Assembly: GCA_021298045.1 (NCBI GenBank)
Contig: JAJTHY010000107.1
Span: forward strand, 1 to 29,881
Direction of reading: 5' to 3'
DNA: 29,881 bases
Source of the DNA: Candidatus Jidaibacter sp.
GTDB lineage: Bacteria; Pseudomonadota; Alphaproteobacteria; Rickettsiales; Midichloriaceae
The first letter of the stretch is position 1; the number at the start of each line of letters is the position of its first letter. The notes under the pieces were generated by a model that saw nothing but the letters and a program-made list of their open reading frames with translations, was not told the DNA's origin and searched no databases. Below are positions 17,393-25,846 of this stretch, in pieces. A program made the position numbers and the translations under genes.

Positions 17393-17929
17393 TTAAGCGG
17401 CTTCATTGTATAATATTCTAGATTCCTCTAAAATCTCGTGCACCTGCTTACTTGCCTCTTCAATATTAATATTGTTAGTAGCCGAATACTCATTTATAAA
17501 GCGTTGGAAGGCGGAATCATAAATCATGCGTTCACTGTATGATCTATTTGGGTCATCTACATTGCGGTGCAGATCTCTCAGCACTTCTGCTATGTATACT
17601 ACGTTGCCAGAGTAAATTTTCTCTTCATACTTCTGCGCGCGTTTGCTCCACATTCCTTTTTCTATTTTAGCTTTTCCTTTTAAGGTAACTATAGCCTTCT
17701 CTATGTCATCCGAAGATGCTAAATGGCGCAAGCCAGCTTTAGATGCCCTATTTACAGGGACTTTTAAGGTCATTTTATCTTTTTCAAAAGTTATAACTAA
17801 ACATTTAATTTCAACATCTGCAACTCGCTGAGACTCAATATTCGCTATAACCCCCACACCATGCGACGGATAAACAACAGAATCACTAACTTTAAATTCT
17901 CTATTAGAGGTAATTTTAGCTTCAGACAT
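17393..17929 (-). CDS. carD: CarD-family transcription factor
   Basis: FKV.D.VVYPSHGVG, KVPV.RA...GLR, W.KR...Y..KI.SG and IAEVLRDL. Start placed at Met12 (17929, preceded by GGGAG); the ORF-track start is 17962. Confidence 0.93.
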   Translation of the reverse strand: MSEAKITSNREFKVSDSVVYPSHGVGVIANIESQRVADVEIKCLVITFEKDKMTLKVPVNRASKAGLRHLASSDDIEKAIVTLKGKAKIEKGMWSKRAQKYEEKIYSGNVVYIAEVLRDLHRNVDDPNRSYSERMIYDSAFQRFINEYSATNNINIEEASKQVHEILEESRILYNEAA

Positions 17930-18017
17930 CGACACTCCCATTAAATCCACATACCTAGCCATTATAGCAAAATTTTACAAAAAGTTAAGCACGAAGATTT
18001 AATAATAGCAAAATTGA

Positions 18018-18500
18018 TTACTGAAATGGGATACTGTAAGTAAGAAACAAATTTTCTGATCCTGGATTTTTCTTATATATGCCAGCATTTGAGATATGGC
18101 CAAAGGTAATTCCCGCTCTGTGCAAATTTTTAAATTTATAATTTATCTCTAGGCTAGAGTAAAATTCTAGTGTCCCACCTAAATTTTCACCTCTACTTTT
18201 AGAATAAGCACCTGCAGCAAACCCAGGCATTAAATACAAACGTTTCTCATATACCGGTAGCTCCAAGTTAAAGCCAGCATAATAATATTTTGAGCCTTTA
18301 CTTGTAATATAACCACCTAATTTAGGCACGATTATTTCGTGGATAAAATTAAGCCTTGCTTCAGCACCCCCAGTAAATTTTTTTGAAGAGCTGTTTATGT
18401 CAAATATACCAAGTTGTGGCGCGATATAAATAATTTGATCTTTTGCAAACGCCTGTGTACTGATTAAGGCTGAAGCCACCCAAAGTAAAAATTTTTGCAT
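18018..18500 (-). CDS. Acyloxyacyl hydrolase / lipid A deacylase (PagL-type outer-membrane beta-barrel)
   Basis: Signal peptide, amphipathic beta strands, HISNAG....NPGSE catalytic His-Ser-Glu pattern and C-terminal YSIPF. Confidence 0.8.
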   Translation of the reverse strand: MQKFLLWVASALISTQAFAKDQIIYIAPQLGIFDINSSSKKFTGGAEARLNFIHEIIVPKLGGYITSKGSKYYYAGFNLELPVYEKRLYLMPGFAAGAYSKSRGENLGGTLEFYSSLEINYKFKNLHRAGITFGHISNAGIYKKNPGSENLFLTYSIPFQ

Positions 18501-18579
18501 TTAGAGATTATCTAACTATTAAGCTATGCAAAAACATATTTATAATATGCTGTATTCACAAGTAATATTTTGATTTACA

Positions 18580-20352
18580 TTAACTAGTCGCTATACCATT
18601 TAATACCATAAACTCATAAATCTCCTTAGCAAGTGGCGAAACTTTTGCCCCGGCCTCTCCATGTTCAACTACAACAGTTACTGCATATTTGGGATCATTA
18701 TACGGAGCAAAGCTAGTAAATAAGCCATGGTGCTTATATTTATGGCCTAGATGTTTGTATTTTAAGGCCACAACTTGGGCAGTACCTGTTTTTCCACAAA
18801 TAGTAAAATCTCCTATGGATAAACTTCTGCTATATAAAATACCGCTAGGGCTGTTAATACAATCAAACATCCCTCCTCTAATCACTTGCAAAATTTTAGG
18901 ATCAACTTCAAGTGGCTCAATTTCTTTTTCAGTAGCTATTAAAGTTGGACTCACCTTATTGCCAGATGCAATACGCGCTGTCATGGTTGCTATTTGCAGT
19001 GGCGTAAGCAATGTATATCCCTGACCAATTGAGGCATTCACCGTATCTCCAGGATACCAATCTAATTTATATCTACCCTTTTTCCATTCTGGGCTGGGCA
19101 TTAATCCGTCAACTTCACCCAAAAGCTCTATGCCTGTACGCTCGCCCAATCCTAAACTTTTAGCGCCGCTATGCAATTTATTCATACCCATTTTTAAAGC
19201 CAAGTTAAAAAAGTATGGGTTGCAAGATTGCATAATAGCGGTTGGGAGATCAATAAGCCCATGCCCAGAAGGTTTCCAGCATCTAAAAACTCGAGAGCCT
19301 AAACGAAACTCTCCAGGACAAAAATATTTAGTTTTGGGATCTAGTCCTGCAACCATACCAGAAAAGGCGGTGACTAGCTTAAAAGTTGACCCAGGCGGAT
19401 AAGCGCTGGTGATGGCGTGATTAATCAATGGGTTGGAGTCCGCTTTCATTATATTATCCCAATCACTTTTAGATATACCATCCACAAATAAATTAGGATC
19501 AAAACTAGGAGTTGAGTGCAAAGCAAGCACTTGACCATTTTTTACGTTCATGACCACAACCGAAGCAGTTAAGTCTCTGGCACTCAACATTTCATGAATA
19601 AAATTTTGCAGCTTAGCATTAACCGAAAGCACTATGTCACGCCCTGGAATCGGGTTTTCTTTGGAGATTACCCTTATAAATTTTCCCCTAGAATCGACCT
19701 CGGTTTTTTTAAGACCAGGATACCCCATCAAGGTGTTATCAAAAATCTTTTCCACGCCCATCTTACCAATTTTCAGTTGATCTGATATTGGCATGGATAA
19801 ATTTTCTACCTCCTGCTTATTAGGGGAAGATACATAGCCCGTTATATGAGCAAAGGCGTCTGCAAATTTATAACTTCTATGAGATGATTCTACAACTTCC
19901 ACCCCAGGTAGAATGTGGTCACTTTCAATAAGCTTGCTGATATCCATCCAAGATAAATTATCTCGTATGTATAAGTAATCATTGGGCTGCCTTTTTGCTA
20001 TTCTGCGCCTTATATCTTCTTCCCCTAATGCTAAATCCATGCCTAAGACATCCGATATTTGGGCGATCAAATCAGAAATATTTGGAATTGCTAAACTATC
20101 TATGCCCACCCTAAAGTTAGATGAGTTGGTTGCAATCACCTCGTAATCAGAATCGTAAATTATACCCCTAGGTGCAGTAAGCACCATTAGCTTCATACGG
20201 TTTTTATCAGAGAGCATAGTAAATTTACTAGAAGTCATCATCTGCAGGTAATAGTACCTACCCGCTATTACAGAAAAGAAAAATAATTTTATACCGCCAA
20301 GAAAAAGCGCTCTGCGAGAGAACTTTTTGTATTTCAGTGAATCATCTCGCAT
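18580..20352 (-). CDS. mrdA: Penicillin-binding protein 2
   Basis: N-terminal TM anchor, APRG.IYD, YPPGSTFK (SxxK), SCN (SxN) and GKTGTAQ (KTG). Confidence 0.97.
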   Translation of the reverse strand: MRDDSLKYKKFSRRALFLGGIKLFFFSVIAGRYYYLQMMTSSKFTMLSDKNRMKLMVLTAPRGIIYDSDYEVIATNSSNFRVGIDSLAIPNISDLIAQISDVLGMDLALGEEDIRRRIAKRQPNDYLYIRDNLSWMDISKLIESDHILPGVEVVESSHRSYKFADAFAHITGYVSSPNKQEVENLSMPISDQLKIGKMGVEKIFDNTLMGYPGLKKTEVDSRGKFIRVISKENPIPGRDIVLSVNAKLQNFIHEMLSARDLTASVVVMNVKNGQVLALHSTPSFDPNLFVDGISKSDWDNIMKADSNPLINHAITSAYPPGSTFKLVTAFSGMVAGLDPKTKYFCPGEFRLGSRVFRCWKPSGHGLIDLPTAIMQSCNPYFFNLALKMGMNKLHSGAKSLGLGERTGIELLGEVDGLMPSPEWKKGRYKLDWYPGDTVNASIGQGYTLLTPLQIATMTARIASGNKVSPTLIATEKEIEPLEVDPKILQVIRGGMFDCINSPSGILYSRSLSIGDFTICGKTGTAQVVALKYKHLGHKYKHHGLFTSFAPYNDPKYAVTVVVEHGEAGAKVSPLAKEIYEFMVLNGIATS

Positions 20353-20884
20353 TTTTATTAATAAACCAAGTTATTTTAATAGTATAAAAATAGTGCATGA
20401 CAGGATACAAAAGAATGGTAACTACAATTCCAAATATTTGCGAGTAAGAAATGCTTACAGGTAAATTTAATGAGAAATTTATGATTTGCCGTAACACTTC
20501 AGAAATCAAGACAAATAAAATAAAGCTGCAAAATACCACGCTGAATTTTTGTTTGTATAATGAATTTGCATTGGTTCTTCCAAGAACCGTGATTGTCACA
20601 TAGATGATGGCATGCAGTCCTAAAGCAGTGTTTAATAGTTCATCATTCAACAGCCCAATTAATGCCAAGTAAACCAAACTGACATTAAATAGCTTTATAA
20701 TAGAAAAATAGAAAATTGTTATCAGCAGTATTTCTGGCCTAATTGATATAGAAAACAAGTTAAAAAATGCATATGGGACATAGACCAAAAATAACAATAA
20801 AAAATATAATTTTATATCTGTTTTATAAGATAGATCCATTTTTGCAATAAGCATTTTAAAAAGCTGAAAAGTATGTTTGTCCAA
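20342..20884 (-). CDS. mreD: Probable rod shape-determining protein MreD
   Basis: 180-aa, 5-6 TM protein with RPE.LLI.IFY and GL.ND.L....LG motifs; overlaps the mrdA start by 11 nt. Confidence 0.65.
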   Translation of the reverse strand: MDKHTFQLFKMLIAKMDLSYKTDIKLYFLLLFLVYVPYAFFNLFSISIRPEILLITIFYFSIIKLFNVSLVYLALIGLLNDELLNTALGLHAIIYVTITVLGRTNANSLYKQKFSVVFCSFILFVLISEVLRQIINFSLNLPVSISYSQIFGIVVTILLYPVMHYFYTIKITWFINKNAR

Positions 20885-20992
20885 AAGGCAATACTATTAT
20901 ATACTAATGACGGCTTGAGGATAGACTTTTATTCTAAATGCTATACTTGTAAACTGTTTTTGCGCTAAAAGTAATTATGTTGTAAAGCGCCC

Positions 20993-21021
20993 CTTGTTAT
21001 TTTCATGTCCAGTACATATAT
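20993..21021 (+). promoter_or_regulatory. Candidate RpoH (sigma32)-type promoter for lon
   Basis: CTTG (20993-20996), 18 nt, CATATAT (21015-21021) resembles the alphaproteobacterial RpoH consensus CTTG-N17/18-CCTATAT. SD AGGAG at 21033-21037. Confidence 0.45.
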
Positions 21022-21047
21022 AAAAGCCAAATAGGAGCACTATAGAG

Positions 21048-23456
21048 ATGAAAAAATCAGTCCAAAATACCATTCCAGTTCTTCCACTTAGGGACTTAGT
21101 AATATTTCCAGGCATGATCGTGCCTTTGTTTGTTGGCAGAGATAAATCCATAAATGCCCTCGACGCAGCCACAGAAGCTGGCAATAAAATATTGTTAGTC
21201 GCTCAAAAAGACCCTAACAACGATACTCCCAAAACATCGGAACTGTATAAAGTTGGTGTTGTTGGGCAGATTTTACAAGTGCTTAAACTCAATGATACCA
21301 CCATTAAGGTTTTGGTTGAAGGTAAAAAGCGGGTTCAAATAACAAAATACCTTACGCAAAATAATTGCTACAAAGCGGTAGTGAGGGATTTAGAAGATGA
21401 ACATCCAGAAAACCCGAGCGAGCTATCCGCCCTTAGACGTTCAATCAGTGATTTGTTTGAAAATTATGTTCAGCTTAGTCCCAAAGTTAACCCAGAAGTT
21501 TTAACGACGCTTCAGATGGTTGATGGCCTTACCAAATTTGCTGACGTTGTTAGCTCAAGCCTAATGATCAAAGTTTCACACAAGCAGGACATTTTGGAAT
21601 CCACCACACTAACCAAAAAGCTTGAGAAGATACTTGGATACCTGCAACTTGAAATTGACCTTTTGAACACAGAGACAAGAATCAAAACAAGGGTCAGACA
21701 TCAAATTGAGAAAAATCAAAAAGACTATTACCTAAACGAACAGCTAAAAGCTATTCAAAAAGAGCTTGGGGAAGAGGATTTCAAAGAGGAAGCTGCAGAG
21801 CTGGAAAGTAAGATCAAACAGCTGAAGCTTACCAAAGAAGCTAAAGAGAAAGCCGAAGCAGAGATTAAGAAGCTTAAATTTATGAACCCAATGTCCTCAG
21901 AAGCTTCAGTAGTTAGAAATTATTTAGACTGGATAATAAACACTCCGTGGAAAGTATTCAGCCCGCTTAACAAAAATATTATAAAAGCTCAAGAGGTACT
22001 TGATAAAGACCATTATGGGTTAGAGAAAATCAAAGAACGTATTTTAGAATACTTGGCAGTGAATCTGCGCACCAACGCCCTTAAAAGCCCGGTAATTTGT
22101 TTAGTTGGCCCTCCAGGTGTTGGTAAAACATCATTAGTTAAATCCATCGCAAAGGCTACGGGGAGAGAGTTTGTTAAAGTCTCGTTGGGCGGCCTGCGTG
22201 ATGAAGCTGAGATAAAGGGGCACAGAAGAACTTATATAGGAGCGATGCCAGGTAAAATAATTCAAGGCATGAAAAAAGCTAAGAAGAGTAACCCGGTTAT
22301 GTTGCTTGATGAGATAGATAAAATGAGCTTCGATTACAGGGGGGATCCATCTTCTGCAATGCTAGAAGTTTTGGATCCAGAGCAAAACAACATGTTCAGT
22401 GACCATTATTTAGAAGTTGAGTACGATTTATCTCAAGTAATGTTTGTTGCGACTGCAAATGGATATGACGGAATTCCTCGTCCGCTAATGGATCGCATGG
22501 AGATTATAAGTCTATCTGGTTATACTGAAAACGAAAAATTAGTAATTGCAGAAAACTACTTAATTCCTAAAGAACTAAGTGGGCATGGGGCTAAAGAAAG
22601 TGAAGTCTCAATAAGCAATGATGCATTACTTGATATTATACGCTACTATACGCGTGAAGCGGGTGTACGTGGTTTAAATCGCAACATAGCAAAGATTATT
22701 CGCAAATCGATTAGAAAAATTTTATCTGATGAAAGCGTTAAAAGCTTGAAGATAACCAGTGAAAATCTAGGCGATTATTTGGGGGTTCGCAAATATCAGT
22801 TTGGTGAAGTGGATAAGGAGAATTTAATTGGCATAACCAATGGATTGGCTTATAGCGAAGTTGGGGGCGATTTGCTTTCTATCGAGTCCGTTCTTTTGTA
22901 TGGCCGCGGCGGTGATCTGAAAATCACAGGTAAGCTTGGCGAAGTTATGAAGGAATCAGCACAAACTGCTCTTAGTTATATCAGGTCTAAATCTGTAGAA
23001 TTCGGCATTAAGCCAAATGTATTTAAACTTAAAGATATCCACATTCATGTGCCAGAAGGCGCAACACCCAAGGATGGCCCATCTGCAGGTATTGCGATAT
23101 CAACTTCTTTAGTTTCAGTATTAACTGGCATACCTGTGCGTAGAGATATAGCGATGACTGGCGAAATTACACTAAGAGGTAGAGTGCTACCTATTGGAGG
23201 TTTAAAAGAGAAATTGCTTGCAGCACTTAGAGGCGGCGTGAAGACGGTTCTGATACCAGCTGAAAACGTTAAAGATTTGGAAGACATTCCAGAAAACGTT
23301 AAATCTGGCTTAGAGATAATTCCCGTGGAAAGAGTTGAAGAGGTTTTCAAAGTTGCCTTGACCAAGGCTTTCACCCCGATAATATGGAATGAAGAAGAAG
23401 AAATGGCAAAGCAAGAACGTGAGTTTCACCATTTAAATCCGGTAGTGGCTCACTAA
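21048..23456 (+). CDS. lon: ATP-dependent protease La
   Basis: PVLPLRD, DHYGLEKIKERILEY, GPPGVGKTS, LLDEIDK and PKDGPSAG (catalytic Ser). Confidence 0.99.
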   Translation: MKKSVQNTIPVLPLRDLVIFPGMIVPLFVGRDKSINALDAATEAGNKILLVAQKDPNNDTPKTSELYKVGVVGQILQVLKLNDTTIKVLVEGKKRVQITKYLTQNNCYKAVVRDLEDEHPENPSELSALRRSISDLFENYVQLSPKVNPEVLTTLQMVDGLTKFADVVSSSLMIKVSHKQDILESTTLTKKLEKILGYLQLEIDLLNTETRIKTRVRHQIEKNQKDYYLNEQLKAIQKELGEEDFKEEAAELESKIKQLKLTKEAKEKAEAEIKKLKFMNPMSSEASVVRNYLDWIINTPWKVFSPLNKNIIKAQEVLDKDHYGLEKIKERILEYLAVNLRTNALKSPVICLVGPPGVGKTSLVKSIAKATGREFVKVSLGGLRDEAEIKGHRRTYIGAMPGKIIQGMKKAKKSNPVMLLDEIDKMSFDYRGDPSSAMLEVLDPEQNNMFSDHYLEVEYDLSQVMFVATANGYDGIPRPLMDRMEIISLSGYTENEKLVIAENYLIPKELSGHGAKESEVSISNDALLDIIRYYTREAGVRGLNRNIAKIIRKSIRKILSDESVKSLKITSENLGDYLGVRKYQFGEVDKENLIGITNGLAYSEVGGDLLSIESVLLYGRGGDLKITGKLGEVMKESAQTALSYIRSKSVEFGIKPNVFKLKDIHIHVPEGATPKDGPSAGIAISTSLVSVLTGIPVRRDIAMTGEITLRGRVLPIGGLKEKLLAALRGGVKTVLIPAENVKDLEDIPENVKSGLEIIPVERVEEVFKVALTKAFTPIIWNEEEEMAKQEREFHHLNPVVAH

Positions 23457-23485
23457 TTAATTTATAGAAGAAAGAGGTAAGTTGC

Positions 23486-24784
23486 ATGTATTTAACGCAA
23501 TATTTTTTACCATTGCTGAAAGATGATCCTAAAGATGCTGTTGTTGCTTCTCATAGATTAATGCTACGAGCTGGTATGATACGACAGCTGGCCTCTGGCC
23601 TTTATAACTGGTTGCCACTTGGGCATAAGGTGCTTAAAAAGGTTGAGCAAGTTATCCGTGAAGAAATGAACAATGCGGGCGCGTTGGAAATTTTAATGCC
23701 TTCCATGCAGCCAGTAGACTTATGGAAAAAGTCTGGTAGATACGGGGCTGAAGGGGATTTGAGCTCTGAGATGCTTATACTCACAGACCGCAATGGCAAC
23801 GAACTAACTTATTGCCCAACAGCAGAGGAAGTTGTTGCGGATTTATTCAAGAGCACCGTGCAATCTTATAAAGATCTTCCGAAGAATCTTTATCAAATAA
23901 GCTGGAAATTTCGTGATGAAATTCGTCCACGCTTTGGAATAATGAGAGCCCGTGAGTTTCTGATGAAAGACGCCTACTCTTTTGATATTGATGAAGCTGC
24001 AGCTCTTGTTTCTTATGAGAAAATGTTTATTGCTTACCTAAAAGTATTTAAGCGCTTAGGCTTGCGTGCAATGCCAGTTAAAGCAGATACAGGATCTATG
24101 GGCGGAGATCTGAGTCATGAATTTCATGTGCTTGCTGAAAATGGCGAAAGTACTATTTTCTTCGAAGAAGATGCTGAAAGGTACCTAGATTCTGCAGAGG
24201 TTGACATCGAAGGCTTTAATAAATTTTATGCTAATGAAAAAGAAAAGCACGATCCAAAGTCATGCCCCATCCCTGCTTCAAAACTGCTTACTAAAAAAGG
24301 GATTGAAGTTGGGCACATATTTTATCTGGGAGATAAATATAGCAAATCAATGGGCATAAATCTTCAGGACAAAGAGGGTAAGTTATTTAACCCTAAAATG
24401 GGCTGTTATGGCATAGGTGCATCTAGGTTGGTCGCAGCTATAATCGAAGCTAGCAATGATGAAAAAGGTATTATTTGGCCTGTTAGTGTTAGCCCATTTG
24501 ATGCAGCAATTGTTAACTTGCGCCCTGGAAATTCCATTTGTGATGATATGGCAGCAGATCTATATGACGCTATGCGCTCACACGAAAAAGACGTGCTCGT
24601 GGATGACACTGAAAACAGTATTGGTCATAAGCTTTCCAGCATGGAGCTAATAGGCGTTCCATGGATTATTATTATAGGTCCAAAGCTTGCTGCTGAAAAC
24701 ATGGTAGAAGTTATTAAGCGCCAAACCGGTGAGCGCAGGGAGTTATCCATTGAAGCTGCAAAAAGCTTGTTGGTTAGCAATTAA
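23486..24784 (+). CDS. proS: Prolyl-tRNA ligase (short form without editing insertion)
   Basis: SHRLMLRAG.IRQ..SG.Y.WLP, FRDEIRPRFG.MR.REF.MKD, GIEVGHIF and MGCYGIG.SR. Confidence 0.99.
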   Translation: MYLTQYFLPLLKDDPKDAVVASHRLMLRAGMIRQLASGLYNWLPLGHKVLKKVEQVIREEMNNAGALEILMPSMQPVDLWKKSGRYGAEGDLSSEMLILTDRNGNELTYCPTAEEVVADLFKSTVQSYKDLPKNLYQISWKFRDEIRPRFGIMRAREFLMKDAYSFDIDEAAALVSYEKMFIAYLKVFKRLGLRAMPVKADTGSMGGDLSHEFHVLAENGESTIFFEEDAERYLDSAEVDIEGFNKFYANEKEKHDPKSCPIPASKLLTKKGIEVGHIFYLGDKYSKSMGINLQDKEGKLFNPKMGCYGIGASRLVAAIIEASNDEKGIIWPVSVSPFDAAIVNLRPGNSICDDMAADLYDAMRSHEKDVLVDDTENSIGHKLSSMELIGVPWIIIIGPKLAAENMVEVIKRQTGERRELSIEAAKSLLVSN

Positions 24785-24816
24785 GGTTCTGTCGCATCTA
24801 TTTACAACAGCACCCC

Positions 24817-25764
24817 TTATTTTAAATTCTTATTATTTTCCTGATCAAAAAACATTGCAAAGAAAAAAGACTGTAGCGACGTTGCGAGTGCAAACAACAG
24901 CATTAGCAATGTAATTTCCGGAATGATACCGGTCATGATCCATTTATAGATTAGCCTTGTTAAAAAAACTGCTGTAAGTCCTGCAAATAAAAATCCGAGC
25001 CCATAAAAAAGTACAAGTGGGTGGAAGTCCCTAATAACATATTTCTCTTTAAGGCGCCATAAAAAAAGTTTGAATAGCAACCAGCTCATAGGCAATAATA
25101 CCTTCTTAACCTGCAGTTTAGATTTTTCCCCAACATTATAAACTGGTTTTGTAGGAATGTCTTTAACGCGAAAATTTTCCACATTTAACTTTACCAACAA
25201 ATCATTAGGCTGGCCATACCGTTTATACATCTTGTCCCAGTCTATAGTATGCAGCACCTTTTTGTTAACTACGGTATATCCTGTTTGTGAATCAGAAATA
25301 TGCCAATAGCCTGATGCTATTTTTGTAAGAAGTGAAAGGATGGAATTGCCCCAAAATCTGGTTTTGGGTATGGCATCACGGAATTCTTTATAAATTAGTC
25401 TATTTGCTTTGGAATAATCAGTCTCATTACTTGCTATTGGATCTAGTAGAGCTGTCAACTCAATAGGATCCATCTGGCCATCTCCAGCCATTACAACTGC
25501 CGCATCAAAGTCGTTATCCCTAGCCCACTTATAGCCACTAGCGATAGCAGCGCCCACTCCTTGATTAACCGGGTGTTTTATTAATACTATCCGTGCATCA
25601 CTCTTGATTGCTTGTTCAACTACAGTAGCTGTCGCATCCCGACTACAGTCATCTATAATAACAATAGCATCAATAAACTCTGGCATACTTTCGATAACTT
25701 TCATTATCTGCTCTTCTTCGTTATAAGCAGGGACAACTGCAGCAACTCTAATATTTTTATACAT
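24817..25764 (-). CDS. GT2 polyprenyl-phosphate glycosyltransferase (DPM1/ArnC/GtrB-like) with C-terminal TM helices
   Basis: VVPAYNEE, IDDCSRD, NQGVG, GDGQMDP and SDSQTGY, then two TM helices. Start placed at Met24 (25764); the ORF-track start is 25833. Confidence 0.85.
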   Translation of the reverse strand: MYKNIRVAAVVPAYNEEEQIMKVIESMPEFIDAIVIIDDCSRDATATVVEQAIKSDARIVLIKHPVNQGVGAAIASGYKWARDNDFDAAVVMAGDGQMDPIELTALLDPIASNETDYSKANRLIYKEFRDAIPKTRFWGNSILSLLTKIASGYWHISDSQTGYTVVNKKVLHTIDWDKMYKRYGQPNDLLVKLNVENFRVKDIPTKPVYNVGEKSKLQVKKVLLPMSWLLFKLFLWRLKEKYVIRDFHPLVLFYGLGFLFAGLTAVFLTRLIYKWIMTGIIPEITLLMLLFALATSLQSFFFAMFFDQENNKNLK

Positions 25765-25846
25765 AATTGGATGGGACAAATTTACTTTACAAACCGAGGG
25801 ACTCAATATACTCTTCCTTTGATCTAATTTCAACCGTTTTCTAGTA

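Noticed and set aside
17963-18014. TATAGCAAAATTTTACAAAAAG weakly resembling the MITE end, plus an 11-nt direct repeat ATAGCAAAATT (17964 and 18004)
   Set aside because: It needs a gap and several mismatches in very AT-rich DNA, and there is no partner inverted end.
23486-24784. ProRS is only 432 aa and lacks the editing insertion
   Set aside because: This is the usual form in many alphaproteobacteria, including Rickettsiales.
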